Shown: piece by piece, positions 9,510 through 19,237 of the stretch
Layout: every line of letters begins with the position of its first letter
Position numbering within the stretch: position 1 is the first letter of the stretch
Assembly (NCBI GenBank): GCA_040510135.1
Contig: JBEVJN010000077.1
Coordinates: 249-64,248, forward strand
Origin: Acidimicrobiia bacterium
GTDB lineage: Bacteria > Actinomycetota > Acidimicrobiia > Spongiisociales > ZC4RG35
Length of the DNA: 64,000 bases
Reading direction: 5' to 3'
The notes under the pieces: model-generated
Told to the model about the DNA's origin: nothing
Databases searched by the model: none
What the model saw: the letters and a program-made list of their open reading frames with translations, nothing else
Translations under genes and position numbers: made by a program

Positions 9510-9730
9510 CAGGCCACGGAGAGCGGGGCGAACAACCTGGTAACGGTTCGGCGGTCGGTGAGTGTCCACCCGAGGGGTGGGATCATGCGGTCGGCATGAT
9601 CGGCACACATGGCGTACCCATGTCGGTCGACGCCGTTGACAAGGTCGTCCATCCAGACCGAACTGTCCGAGTAGGAGAAGGTCATGACGGCGGCAGCCGG
9701 CGACCCACATCGGGCACAACTGAGAATCAT
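9509..9730 (-). CDS. DUF3499-family small zinc-binding protein
   Basis: MILSCARCGSPAAAVMTFSYSDSSVWMDDL...HGYAMCADHADRMIPPLGWTLTDRR matches the actinobacterial DUF3499 pattern (C..CG..A..TL.Y......L..L......LCA.HA......P.GW). The family lies next to manB in many actinobacteria. Confidence 0.6.
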   Translation of the reverse strand: MILSCARCGSPAAAVMTFSYSDSSVWMDDLVNGVDRHGYAMCADHADRMIPPLGWTLTDRRTVTRLFAPLSVA

Positions 9731-9762
9731 GCCCGAAACGGTAGGTGTTGGGGCTTGCCTGT

Positions 9763-10119
9763 TCAAGGATTCAAGCCTCGCGCGACATGATCGGGCATCC
9801 CGCGGTGAATCGAGGCCGAGCCGTCATCGCCGACCACCAGTGTGGAGGGCACGGCATCGACGCCGAGCTGCGTGAACAACTCGGGGTCGTGTTCCCATGA
9901 GATCTCGATGAACGAGCTGCTGCCCAGCAGCTCCCCCAGACGCGCCCGGGCCCCTGCGCAGTCGGAGCATTCTGAGGACGTGAAGAGGTAGACGCCGGGG
10001 TCGAGCCCGCCGCGATCCAAGGCGGAGGCCAACGGCCGTCGACGCATCACGACGACGATGATCAGGGAGAGGAGGACAACCCCGACGACAAGTGCTAGCC
10101 GGAGCGCTACCTCATTCAT
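9763..10119 (-). CDS. Membrane-anchored thioredoxin/glutaredoxin-like protein (CxxC)
   Basis: N-terminal TM helix (LALVVGVVLLSLIIVVV) then YLFTSSECSDCAGAR, a CxxC redox motif in a Trx-like context. Confidence 0.45.
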   Translation of the reverse strand: MNEVALRLALVVGVVLLSLIIVVVMRRRPLASALDRGGLDPGVYLFTSSECSDCAGARARLGELLGSSSFIEISWEHDPELFTQLGVDAVPSTLVVGDDGSASIHRGMPDHVARGLNP

Positions 10120-11404
10120 CGATGATCGGGACGCCGATGCTCTCTGCTTTGCCCGTATCGGTGTTTGTCACCCAGAGTGCGACCAGGTCGCCGGAGCCCT
10201 TGACTGTGTAGGAGTTGGCACCCCCCTCGATCGCCGGCACCTGAAGGACGGTTCCGGCAGGGATGCTCAGTTCCTGGGCAACGGACTGCTTGCGTAGTGC
10301 GGTGATGACCACGGAGTCTTCTTCGAGTCCGGCATTGAGGATCACGGCGCTCCCCCTGCCGCCCGGCGCCAACCCACCGCCTGGAAGAAGCCACGTCGAT
10401 GCGGTGGTCGTCGCGCCACTGGTGATGGCCACACCCGCATCAGATACATCTCGCAGGAAGACCGCCGCCGGCTGGGTCGTGATCACCCTCAGAGCTGACG
10501 CACCTTCGAGGCCCATCTCGGCGAGTTGGACGCTCGTCGCCCCCCTGCTCGGCACCACGCCCTCCTGGAACCCCTCGACTACGCCCTGGGCGCCGTAGAC
10601 ATCGACCTGGAATGTCATTTCGGCCGCGACGCCAGCCGAGATGACGAGCTCGCCGTTGAGTCCGCCCGCCGGCACCGGCATGTACCAATCGGACGCCGGC
10701 GCCACAGAATGCCAGAGGGCGCCGTCAGCGCCGGCATCGAATCGACCCACCGTCAACACATTGCCACTCGCCACCTCGATGGAGATGGAAAGCGACTGTC
10801 TCCCGGGAAGGAGCTCGGCGAGATCCACGATCGTCGACGATCTTGGCGGAACCAGGATCCCCCGCAATTGCGGAGCAGCCTCGAGACCAGACTCTGACTG
10901 GACGATCAGATCGACCACTGCCTCACCGGCATACGGGTTCATCAGTTGGACCTGGAACCGCTCGCCACTCACCGTGGACCCGCCTGCGAGCAATGTCTGC
11001 CGCACGGGCGTGGGAAGACACGCCTCGACAGCGACGGTTTGGGCTCCCACGAGGACGGATGCGGCCGCCACATCCTGCCCGGGCAACTCGGCGAGACCGG
11101 CGCCGGTGCCCAGGGGAGCGATCTCGGCGATCGGGATCGCCGCCGAGCCAGAGGCCCCTGTCGAGAACGTCGTCGAGCCGGCCGACACGCCGGCGGCAAA
11201 CGCGGTAAACCGGCCGTCGCCGTTGATGCCTGATGCGATTCCGATCGTCGTGGTCCGGCCACTCCCCTCCTCCACCGCGCACACCGCGACAGCAGGCGGG
11301 TCGACTGCAGCAACCTCGTTCGCCTGGGGCTGCTCTGGGCTGGGGATGAGCAGCACCCCGACGGTGAGGGCGGTCACCAAGACGGCCAGGAGTGCCTTGG
11401 TCAT
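10112..11404 (-). CDS. Secreted/anchored DUF5719-like protein, partner of the downstream giant GT2-membrane protein
   Basis: The start was set at MTKALLAVLVTALTVGVLLIPSP (signal/anchor). The rest is a long Ala/Gly/Val-rich beta-type domain. Its start overlaps the stop of the upstream 929-aa GT2 fusion by 4 nt. Confidence 0.5.
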   Translation of the reverse strand: MTKALLAVLVTALTVGVLLIPSPEQPQANEVAAVDPPAVAVCAVEEGSGRTTTIGIASGINGDGRFTAFAAGVSAGSTTFSTGASGSAAIPIAEIAPLGTGAGLAELPGQDVAAASVLVGAQTVAVEACLPTPVRQTLLAGGSTVSGERFQVQLMNPYAGEAVVDLIVQSESGLEAAPQLRGILVPPRSSTIVDLAELLPGRQSLSISIEVASGNVLTVGRFDAGADGALWHSVAPASDWYMPVPAGGLNGELVISAGVAAEMTFQVDVYGAQGVVEGFQEGVVPSRGATSVQLAEMGLEGASALRVITTQPAAVFLRDVSDAGVAITSGATTTASTWLLPGGGLAPGGRGSAVILNAGLEEDSVVITALRKQSVAQELSIPAGTVLQVPAIEGGANSYTVKGSGDLVALWVTNTDTGKAESIGVPIIDE

Positions 11405-14190
11405 CTCCGAGCCCTCCCCCATGCGATGAGGCCGAGCGCCAGGAGGAGAAGGCCGGCGGCCGCGTAAGGCGCGTAGGACAGGTACCCGGTCGCCGAGAAG
11501 ATGGCCCGCCCTTCCACCGCCGACACGTTGGTGAACCAGTCGACCCGCTCCGGCTGCGGCGCCCACCCACCCGAATAGTTGACCCTGATCGCAACAGGGC
11601 TCGAGGATGCCTCACCCTCGAAGGCGGTTCCGTCTCGGTGCCAGACAACGCCGTCCTCCACCCCCGCCAGCGATTCAGAGTGCGGGTTTTCGAACACCTT
11701 GGCCCCGGTGAGCAGCGGGGTTGGAGTGAGGTCCACCTGGGAGTCCAGGATCGAGTCCAAGGGTGTTTGGACCCCCTCGACGACTACCCAGTCGACGGCG
11801 AACGGCGCCAGCAACGCCCCGGGGCGCAGGTCGGTGCCGCTGGCGATCCGGTCGATTGCATCTGCGAGCTGGACATCCCCGGCCTGGGGTTCCGGGAGCC
11901 AGACCTCATCGAGAGACGTCCCCTGACCGTCGAGGATCCGGTACCAGATTCCAGGGCCCGCCCGAGCCTCACCCGGGATGAGGCTTCGATCCGAGGAGAT
12001 CACGAGCACTCGCCCAGGGCTCCCCGGATCGGCCAGGGTCGACGCAAAGGCATATCGCTCGTTGGCATCTCCAGATGGGAGCCCCAGGCGGCCGTTGACC
12101 AGCTCCCCCGCGGAGAGGAGGAGCATGACGAAGGCGGCGATCGCCGCGAGCAGTCGGCGGGGCTCGATGCTGAGACGGTCGAGAGCGGCGGCAACCAAGA
12201 TCGCCGAGCCGAACGAGGCGAGAACCAAAGCTGCCTCCTCCACCCCCGGCCCGCCCAGTGGCAGGCGAGCAACAAGCAGACCGCCCAGACCGATCAGTGC
12301 TCCGAAGAGGCCGAGACGTCGGGTACGGCCCTCGACGAGCATCAGCGGCACGGCAGTGACGGCGATGAGGACCGGCCACCAATCGGGGACGATCAGGCCC
12401 AGCCTGCGATCGAAATCGAGCAGCCAGCCCTGGTCGTCGTATAAGAACCCCACGGCGACGACGCCTGCCAAGAGAGTGACCAGACCGAGACGAAGCGACG
12501 AACGGCTCCCTCCTACCAGACGCCAGAGGACCGCGGCCGCGATAGCGACCACACCCAGGACCGGCGAGACTGCGATGAGCAGCATGGCCCAGAGAAGGGC
12601 CCACCCGATGTGGGTCATCCAATGCCTCCCCCGATCATCGGGATGGAGGATCACCGCCCGAACTGCCCAGGGCAGCAGTGCGGCCGCACCGAGGGCCAGC
12701 CACGACCCGACGCCGGCGAGGATCGCTGTGCCCGGACCGGCCAGGAGTACGAGGCCGGACAGATAACGGCCAGGCCCTCGGAATCCGAGACGACCGGCAA
12801 GCCGGCCCATTCCGAGAACTCCAAGCACGGCGAACACAATGGTGGCGATCGTCCGGGCGGCGCCCTCGGCACCGAACCAGACGAGGGAGATGAGCCCTGT
12901 GAACCCGGTGGACGGGTGCACTGCATCCGCCGTGCCCAGCCCGGAGTCGTTCCACCCTGCCAGAAACCGGTCCAGTGCCACCGTCGGCGGCTCGAACGGA
13001 AAGCTGAAACCCGAGTTGGGCACCCCGTTCAGAAAGATCGACCAAGACGCGACGACGACGACGGCAGCGGCGAGCAGTGCGCCCCAGATGCCGGGGCTCG
13101 ACCAGATCCTGCGGGTGCCACGAGCCAGCGCCTGGTCGTCGTCGAACACGGATAGCACTCGATCGGTCAGCTCCGACCCAACTTCGCGCAGCCGGACCGA
13201 TCCCCTCGACTGGAACCTGAAAAGCTCTTCGTCCCCTACGGCACGAACCTGTCGGAAGCGGCGACGCTCGCCAATGGTCGAAGGCAGATGCCAGATGTTC
13301 CAGAGCCACGACATCAGGTGGCTTGCCCCCACCTTCCAGCGAAGGAGGAGCAAGTTCGCCAAGGAATCGATGACCGATACCAGTATCTCGAACGGGACGA
13401 CCCAGAGAAGAGTGATGGGTCGATAGGCCTTGAGCATGGCTCTGAGCCGTCCCGCTTCCTCTTTCCACCCGCCGACTCTCTCCTCGCATCGTGCCTGGTG
13501 ATAGACCTCCGATGACGGGACGGTTATCACCCGTCCCCCGGCCAGACGCGCCCTCTGGGAAAAGTCGAGCCCGGCAGCAACAGGCTCGAGGAGCTCGTCG
13601 AGGCCGCGCAGCCCCTGAGCGAGGTCCCGCCGCACCAGCATCGATACAGACGAGACGAAGGCCACTTCACGGACCACGTCGTACTGCTGAAGGTCGATCT
13701 CCCCTTCGTCGAGCCCGGTGTAGGGGTCTCCGAACACGTCGGTGGCGCTGCCTATCGACTCCAACTCGTCCCGCGTCCCCGCCAGGAGCAGCTTCGACCC
13801 CCCGAGCGAAGCCTCGTTCCGGTCTAGCTCCGACACGAGCGCTGCGAGCGCGTCGGGTCGCGGCCTCGCATCGGAGTGCAGAATCCAGAGATAGTCGACT
13901 TCGGCCCCGGTCACCTCGATCGCCTCTTCCAGCGTTGCCATCCGGGTCACCCGGCCCGGCAAGTCGCCGCTTGCCTCGCCGATCACCACCACCTCGTGGA
14001 TGCCTTCGTAGACTTGCCGGTCCACGGTGGCCAGGGCCGCCTGGAGGTCGGCGCCCCCCACCAGGGTGACGATCACCTTCACGCGGGGCGCGTCCGGTGG
14101 CACCAGGGGTGTCGATTCGTCCGCGATCTGCGGAGCTGAAGCACTTGTCATGCGGGAGGACATTGTGAACGGGAGCGCGTCACTGAGCAA
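11401..14190 (-). CDS. GT2 glycosyltransferase fused to a large polytopic membrane domain (929 aa)
   Basis: N-terminal GT-A domain (VKVIVTLVGG...YLWILHSDARP...DELLEPVAAGLDFSQRARLAGGRV) followed by ~14 predicted TM helices and a C-terminal extracytoplasmic domain. Confidence 0.75.
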   Translation of the reverse strand: MLSDALPFTMSSRMTSASAPQIADESTPLVPPDAPRVKVIVTLVGGADLQAALATVDRQVYEGIHEVVVIGEASGDLPGRVTRMATLEEAIEVTGAEVDYLWILHSDARPRPDALAALVSELDRNEASLGGSKLLLAGTRDELESIGSATDVFGDPYTGLDEGEIDLQQYDVVREVAFVSSVSMLVRRDLAQGLRGLDELLEPVAAGLDFSQRARLAGGRVITVPSSEVYHQARCEERVGGWKEEAGRLRAMLKAYRPITLLWVVPFEILVSVIDSLANLLLLRWKVGASHLMSWLWNIWHLPSTIGERRRFRQVRAVGDEELFRFQSRGSVRLREVGSELTDRVLSVFDDDQALARGTRRIWSSPGIWGALLAAAVVVVASWSIFLNGVPNSGFSFPFEPPTVALDRFLAGWNDSGLGTADAVHPSTGFTGLISLVWFGAEGAARTIATIVFAVLGVLGMGRLAGRLGFRGPGRYLSGLVLLAGPGTAILAGVGSWLALGAAALLPWAVRAVILHPDDRGRHWMTHIGWALLWAMLLIAVSPVLGVVAIAAAVLWRLVGGSRSSLRLGLVTLLAGVVAVGFLYDDQGWLLDFDRRLGLIVPDWWPVLIAVTAVPLMLVEGRTRRLGLFGALIGLGGLLVARLPLGGPGVEEAALVLASFGSAILVAAALDRLSIEPRRLLAAIAAFVMLLLSAGELVNGRLGLPSGDANERYAFASTLADPGSPGRVLVISSDRSLIPGEARAGPGIWYRILDGQGTSLDEVWLPEPQAGDVQLADAIDRIASGTDLRPGALLAPFAVDWVVVEGVQTPLDSILDSQVDLTPTPLLTGAKVFENPHSESLAGVEDGVVWHRDGTAFEGEASSSPVAIRVNYSGGWAPQPERVDWFTNVSAVEGRAIFSATGYLSYAPYAAAGLLLLALGLIAWGRARR

Positions 14191-14201
14191 TATCGAGAGT
14201 C

Positions 14202-15113
14202 GTGACCAGGGTCGTTGAGCTTTCCGGAGGCGTCGGTGGCGCCCGTCTTGCGCGTGGCATCGATGCGCTGCCTGACGTCGATCTCACGGTCGTGGTGAAT
14301 GTCGGAGACGACCTCCTCCTTCATGGACTGCATCTGTCGCCCGACCTCGACACCATGGTTTACACCTTGGCAGGAGTCGAGGGACCGCATGGCTGGGGAC
14401 GTGCTGATGACACCTTCCGCGCAAACAGCGAGCTTGCCCGATTCGGCGTCGACAATGGATTTCAACTTGGCGATCTCGACATGGCTCTCAAGCTCTATCG
14501 CAGCCACCGCATCGCGCAAGGCGAAACATTGACCGCGGTGACCGACTCGGTCCGCGCCGGTTTCGGTATCCAGTCCAGGGTTCTCCCCGCATCCGACGAA
14601 CCGATCCGGACCATGGTCACTACCACAGATGGGATCACGCTGACCTTCCGGGAGTATTTCGTCGATCGAGGTCATCGGGATCACGTCGGCAAGCTCGAAT
14701 TTGCCGGTGCCCAAGACGCAACACCGGCGCCGGGGGTGCTCGAGGCCCTCGACGGCGCCGACGTGTTGGTCATCGGACCCTCCAATCCCCCACTGTCCAT
14801 CTGGCCGATACTCGCCATCGACGCGATCGAACAGGCAATCCGACGTCACCCCAAAGTGATCGCGATCAGCCCGCTGATTGGAGGTCGCACCCTCAAAGGC
14901 CCGGCTGACGTCGTCATGGCCGATCTGGGTCTCGGATCTGGTTCGAGCGCGGTGCTCGCCTCTTACGACGGTCTCATCGACACGCTCGTGGTCGATGTCA
15001 CGGACAATGGCGACGTGGGTGAGGTCGAGGGTGTCGGCATCGTGGCGATGGAGACCCGAATCACTGACACCGGGCATGCGGCGAGGCTGGCCCGGGCGAT
15101 ACTGGGCCTGTGA
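14202..15113 (+). CDS. cofD: 2-phospho-L-lactate transferase (F420 biosynthesis, FbiA/CofD)
   Basis: VVELSGGVGGARLARG...VVVNVGDD...HGWGRADDTF... is characteristic of CofD. It is followed directly by cofE. Confidence 0.9.
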   Translation: MTRVVELSGGVGGARLARGIDALPDVDLTVVVNVGDDLLLHGLHLSPDLDTMVYTLAGVEGPHGWGRADDTFRANSELARFGVDNGFQLGDLDMALKLYRSHRIAQGETLTAVTDSVRAGFGIQSRVLPASDEPIRTMVTTTDGITLTFREYFVDRGHRDHVGKLEFAGAQDATPAPGVLEALDGADVLVIGPSNPPLSIWPILAIDAIEQAIRRHPKVIAISPLIGGRTLKGPADVVMADLGLGSGSSAVLASYDGLIDTLVVDVTDNGDVGEVEGVGIVAMETRITDTGHAARLARAILGL

Positions 15114-15808
15114 CCCTTCAGATCATTCCACTGACCGGGATCGGCGCCATTCGTCCAGGTGACGAGCTCACCGACATCCTCGCCACTGCACTCGCGCCCC
15201 TGACCCCCAAAGGGGGGGACGTGGTGGTGGTCACCCACAAGATCGTCTCCAAGGCGGAAGGAAGAGTTGTCACCATCGAAGGCGACGAGGAGGAGTTCAA
15301 ACGCACGTTGGTTGAATCTGAAGCGGTCTCCGTGGTGAGACGACGGGGCAACCTGATCATCGCCGAGACCCAGCACGGGTTCATCTGTGCCAATGCCGGC
15401 GTCGACCGGTCGAATGCCGAGTCGGGAACCATGATCCTCCTTCCTGAGGACCCGGATCGATCGGCCCACCGGATCAGGGTCCGTCTCCAACACAGCTTCG
15501 GCGTCGACATCCCAGTCATCATCTCCGACACTTTCGGGCGACCCTGGCGGCGCGGGCTGACCGACATCGCAATCGGTGTGTCAGGCATCCAACCGGTGAT
15601 CGACCTGAAGGGCACGAACGATTGGGCAGGCCGTGAGCTCGAGGTCACCGAAATCGCAGCAGCCGACGAGCTCGCCGCTGCGGCCGATCTCGTGATGGGG
15701 AAAGCGGATGGGATCCCCGCCGCGCTCATCCGTGGTTACGAGGGTCCGCGGGGCGAGGGTCGGGGCTCGGATCTGATCAGGGCACCAGCGGACGACATGT
15801 TCCGATGA
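15110..15808 (+). CDS. cofE: Coenzyme F420-0:L-glutamate ligase (CofE / FbiB N-terminal domain)
   Basis: IIPLTGIGAIRPGDEL...VVVVTHKIVSKAEGR...FICANAGVDRSN fits the CofE family. It overlaps cofD by 4 nt. Confidence 0.85.
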   Translation: MTLQIIPLTGIGAIRPGDELTDILATALAPLTPKGGDVVVVTHKIVSKAEGRVVTIEGDEEEFKRTLVESEAVSVVRRRGNLIIAETQHGFICANAGVDRSNAESGTMILLPEDPDRSAHRIRVRLQHSFGVDIPVIISDTFGRPWRRGLTDIAIGVSGIQPVIDLKGTNDWAGRELEVTEIAAADELAAAADLVMGKADGIPAALIRGYEGPRGEGRGSDLIRAPADDMFR

Positions 15809-15831
15809 TCCGGGGCAGGAGTCGGGACCGG

Positions 15832-17106
15832 CTATGCCCCCGGACGACCTAGACCCCAGTAGTCGAGACCGACCGACCGAACCTTCTTCGGGTCCAGGAT
15901 GTTGCGCGCATCGACCACGCGGTGTCCTCGCATCACCTTGGACACCTCAGCCATGTTCACCGTCAGGAACTCAGGCCACTCGGTGGCGATGAGCAGCACA
16001 TCGGCGTCGGTCACCGCCGCGATCGGATCTGGTGCCATTGTCAGCAGATCAGTCGTCGCTTCGGGGTCGTAGGCCACCACCTCGGCGCCGTCGGCCTGGA
16101 GCAGGGAGGCGATGCGCACGGCAGGCGACTCGCGGACGTCGTCGGTGCCGGCCTTGAAGGCGACACCCCACATTCCGACACGGCGCCCTCGAAGGCCACC
16201 ACCGGCGGCCTGTCGAACCTTGTCGGCGACCCGCCGGCGCTGCTCCTCGTCGGCCTCGATGACCGCTCGAAGCAACTCGAAGTCATAGCCGGCGTCCTGG
16301 GCTACAGCGATCAGTGCCTGAGTGTCCTTCGGGAAACACGAGCCGCCGTATCCAGGCCCAGGTTGGAGGAAATGAGGACCGACGCGATGATCCATCCCCA
16401 GACCCTTGACGACGTCGAGGATGTCGGCGCCAACAGCCTCACAAACATTGGACAGGGTGTTGACAAAGGTGAGCCTCGCGGCGAGGTAGGCGTTGGAGGC
16501 GTATTTGATCATCTCGGCAGACGTTGGATCGGTGATGACAACCGACGCGTCGAGGCTCCGGTAGAGATCAGCCACGGCTCGTGCATCGGCCTCATCCCAT
16601 GCGCCGACCACGATGCGATCAGGCTCGAGGAAATCGTCAACCGCCTTGCCCTCACGGAGGAACTCCGGGTGGGAAACGATGCGTGCCGGGCTGCCGAGGT
16701 CGGCCAGCCGCTTCCGTAGCGATGCAACCGTGCCCGGAGGGACGGTTGATTTGACGACGAAGATCGTGTCCTCATCGACTTCGTTGGCTAGCTCATCCAC
16801 TACCGCATGAACATATTTGAGGTCAGCCCGGCCATCGTCCCCCTCGGGGGTGGGAAGGGCGAGAAAGACAAACCCGGCGCCATCGACTGCCTCTTTGTTG
16901 GAGGTGTGGAAGCTGAGAAGACCGCGCTCGGTGGCATGTGACAGGAGGTCCGGCAACCCCTGCTCATAAATGGGCACCCCGCCCTTGCGCAGGAGCTCGA
17001 CTCGCTCTGCATTGGCCTCGCCAAGACGCACTCGGTGACCCAGGTTGGCGAGCCCACCTCCCGTTACGAGACCGACGTAGCCGGCCCCAATGATTGCGAT
17101 ATCCAT
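15832..17106 (-). CDS. ugd: UDP-glucose 6-dehydrogenase
   Basis: MDIAIIGAGYVGLVTG Rossmann loop, catalytic GGSCFPKD, and a C-terminal UDP-binding domain. Confidence 0.9.
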   Translation of the reverse strand: MDIAIIGAGYVGLVTGGGLANLGHRVRLGEANAERVELLRKGGVPIYEQGLPDLLSHATERGLLSFHTSNKEAVDGAGFVFLALPTPEGDDGRADLKYVHAVVDELANEVDEDTIFVVKSTVPPGTVASLRKRLADLGSPARIVSHPEFLREGKAVDDFLEPDRIVVGAWDEADARAVADLYRSLDASVVITDPTSAEMIKYASNAYLAARLTFVNTLSNVCEAVGADILDVVKGLGMDHRVGPHFLQPGPGYGGSCFPKDTQALIAVAQDAGYDFELLRAVIEADEEQRRRVADKVRQAAGGGLRGRRVGMWGVAFKAGTDDVRESPAVRIASLLQADGAEVVAYDPEATTDLLTMAPDPIAAVTDADVLLIATEWPEFLTVNMAEVSKVMRGHRVVDARNILDPKKVRSVGLDYWGLGRPGA

Positions 17107-17139
17107 TGAACCCCCATGGTAGATCGGTGCGCGTTGCGA

Positions 17140-18411
17140 TCAGGAGGCGTCGGCACCGACGATCACAACGGCGTCATATCCGTTATCGACGGCACCGGTC
17201 TGAACTACACCGAAACCGATCTGCCCGAGGATCTGATCCCCTGCGGTACTGCCATCGGGGACGACGATCGTCGTGGTGGCGTAATCCCTCGCCCCCGCAT
17301 TGCCGACACCGGCGATCTCGATGCCCAACCCGGCGAGCCTTTCTGACATGGCTGAGGCGGCGCCGGCAATGCCATTGCCGTTCAACACCTGGACACGCAA
17401 TGGTGCGGAATCGACGGTCTCGACGCCGGACAGGAAGCCATCGATCGTCGCCGATGCCTCGGGCTCGGCCGCCATCACCACGGAGGCGCCGTTGACCGTG
17501 TCGCCGAAGACCGGCAGCGTCTGGCCATCGATGCTACCTGTCACCAGGCCCCGGAAGTCCCACGCCAGGGAGGCGACCGAGGCGGAGGCAAGGGCAGCAT
17601 CGACTGTCATGTGTTCTGCCAGAGAGCCTGCGATTTGTCCCGCCTCCACGATCGAAGCCGGGGTTCTCAGCTCGGTGAGGATCGCCCGGACCACTTCCTG
17701 TTGCCGGTGGGTCCGTCCGAGGTCGCTGGCATCGACGCTCACCCATGAGTCGTTCTGATATTCCTCATACTTTCGGGAGCGGGCGAAGGCGAGTGCTTGC
17801 TCGCCGTCGAGTGTTTGGTTCCCGGCCTCGACATTCAGCCCGGATTTGGCATCACGGGCCGGGTAGGGGAAGGTCATCTCGATTCCACCCAACTCGTCGA
17901 CCATCTCGATGAACCCGACGAAGTCGACCTCCACATAGTGGTTGACCTCGATCCCGAGATTTTCCCGGATGGTTTTAACCATGAGTGAGGGCCCTCCATA
18001 CGAATAGGCCGCGTTTATCTTGCCCTCACCATTGCCCGGGATGTCGACCCACAGATCCCGGGGAATCGAGAGCATCCGTGCCTCACCGGTCGCCTGATCG
18101 AGATGGACGAGCATGATCACGTCCCCCCGCTCCCCGGCTGACCGGCCGAAAAAGGCGAGGTCATCCAGACGTTCGCGTGAGTCACTCCCGACGACGAGAA
18201 AAGTCAATGTGTCGCCGTCGGCCGCGCTGAGTTCGCTGACGACCTCTTCGTCGCTCTCGGCCAAGGCGAGCGCGCCCTGGCCGGTGTTCAGGGCCCAGAA
18301 AATGGCCAATGTGCCGAGCGTGGACGCCAACAACAGGCCGAGGATTGTGATCTTCAGCCATTTGGGCAGCCCGCGACGGGGCGCAAGGTGTCGTGGGGAG
18401 GATGAGGACAT
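17140..18411 (-). CDS. LytR-CpsA-Psr (LCP) family cell-wall glycopolymer transferase with a LytR_C domain
   Basis: N-terminal TM, then LCP core (FLVVGSDSRE...GDVIMLVHLD...LSIPRDLWVDIPG...KINAAY) and a C-terminal LytR_C-like domain. Confidence 0.85.
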   Translation of the reverse strand: MSSSSPRHLAPRRGLPKWLKITILGLLLASTLGTLAIFWALNTGQGALALAESDEEVVSELSAADGDTLTFLVVGSDSRERLDDLAFFGRSAGERGDVIMLVHLDQATGEARMLSIPRDLWVDIPGNGEGKINAAYSYGGPSLMVKTIRENLGIEVNHYVEVDFVGFIEMVDELGGIEMTFPYPARDAKSGLNVEAGNQTLDGEQALAFARSRKYEEYQNDSWVSVDASDLGRTHRQQEVVRAILTELRTPASIVEAGQIAGSLAEHMTVDAALASASVASLAWDFRGLVTGSIDGQTLPVFGDTVNGASVVMAAEPEASATIDGFLSGVETVDSAPLRVQVLNGNGIAGAASAMSERLAGLGIEIAGVGNAGARDYATTTIVVPDGSTAGDQILGQIGFGVVQTGAVDNGYDAVVIVGADAS

Positions 18412-18499
18412 CGTCGGGTGAGACGTGTTCAGGCTAGGCAGGGGTTCCTCGTAGTTCTGGCAATCCCCGGATCACTCGGCCGGCCTAATCTGCCCGCCG

Positions 18500-19237
18500 A
18501 TGGCGGTATTGGCACACGAGGGAACCCACCCGATCATGTACGGGGGCTGGCCCTTGCCCATCGGCTCCAGTCTCCGCACGCAGTACCTCGCCCGGCCGGA
18601 CGTCGCCGGTCGGTTCCCCGTCGTCCTCGTGCTACCGACCCTCGCCGGCTTGTCCGGGTTCGAGAAGAGCATGTGCCGCATGTTCGCCCGTTGGGGAGTC
18701 GCCGCCATCGGGGTCGACCCTTACCGCCAAAAGGGCGATCCGCACCAGGCATACGAAGCACTGCCCGATCGCCGGGCATTGCTGGACCTCGATGAGATCC
18801 AGGAATTCATCATGTCCGATGATGTCAGCTGGGCCGTCAGCGGTGATCTCGGGGTCCTCGGTCTCGATGTCGGGGGACGATTCGCCATCGTGAGCGCCTC
18901 GACCCGGCCTTGGGTCAAGTCGGTGGCTGTCGCCTACACCCCCCTCACGGGCGACGAAGACCGTGAGTACCAGGTGGCCACCTACCTCGACAACCTCCCG
19001 GTGCCGGTCCTCGGGCTCTACGGAACGGAGGACGAGCTGATCGCACCATCTTCTGTCGATGAGGCGCAACGGCGGAACGACCATGGACAGTGGCTGTTTT
19101 ATGAGGGAGCCGGGCACTCCTTCCTCGATGACGAGGCCGACGGTTACAGCGCCGATGCCTCCGCCGACGCCTACCCACGGCTCGTCGATTTCTTCAAGGC
19201 GACGCTGCCGGCTGCGATCGAGGTCGATCTCGGCTAG
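18500..19237 (+). CDS. Dienelactone hydrolase-family alpha/beta hydrolase
   Basis: DLH-fold elements and a C-terminal GAGHSF. It overlaps birA convergently by 4 nt. Confidence 0.75.
   Translation: MAVLAHEGTHPIMYGGWPLPIGSSLRTQYLARPDVAGRFPVVLVLPTLAGLSGFEKSMCRMFARWGVAAIGVDPYRQKGDPHQAYEALPDRRALLDLDEIQEFIMSDDVSWAVSGDLGVLGLDVGGRFAIVSASTRPWVKSVAVAYTPLTGDEDREYQVATYLDNLPVPVLGLYGTEDELIAPSSVDEAQRRNDHGQWLFYEGAGHSFLDDEADGYSADASADAYPRLVDFFKATLPAAIEVDLG

Noticed and set aside
9763-10119. Possible WhiB-like regulator expected here from mycobacterial synteny
   Set aside because: The ORF has only a single CxxC and a TM helix. It lacks the four-Cys and GVWGG WhiB signature, so it was called a thioredoxin-like membrane protein instead.
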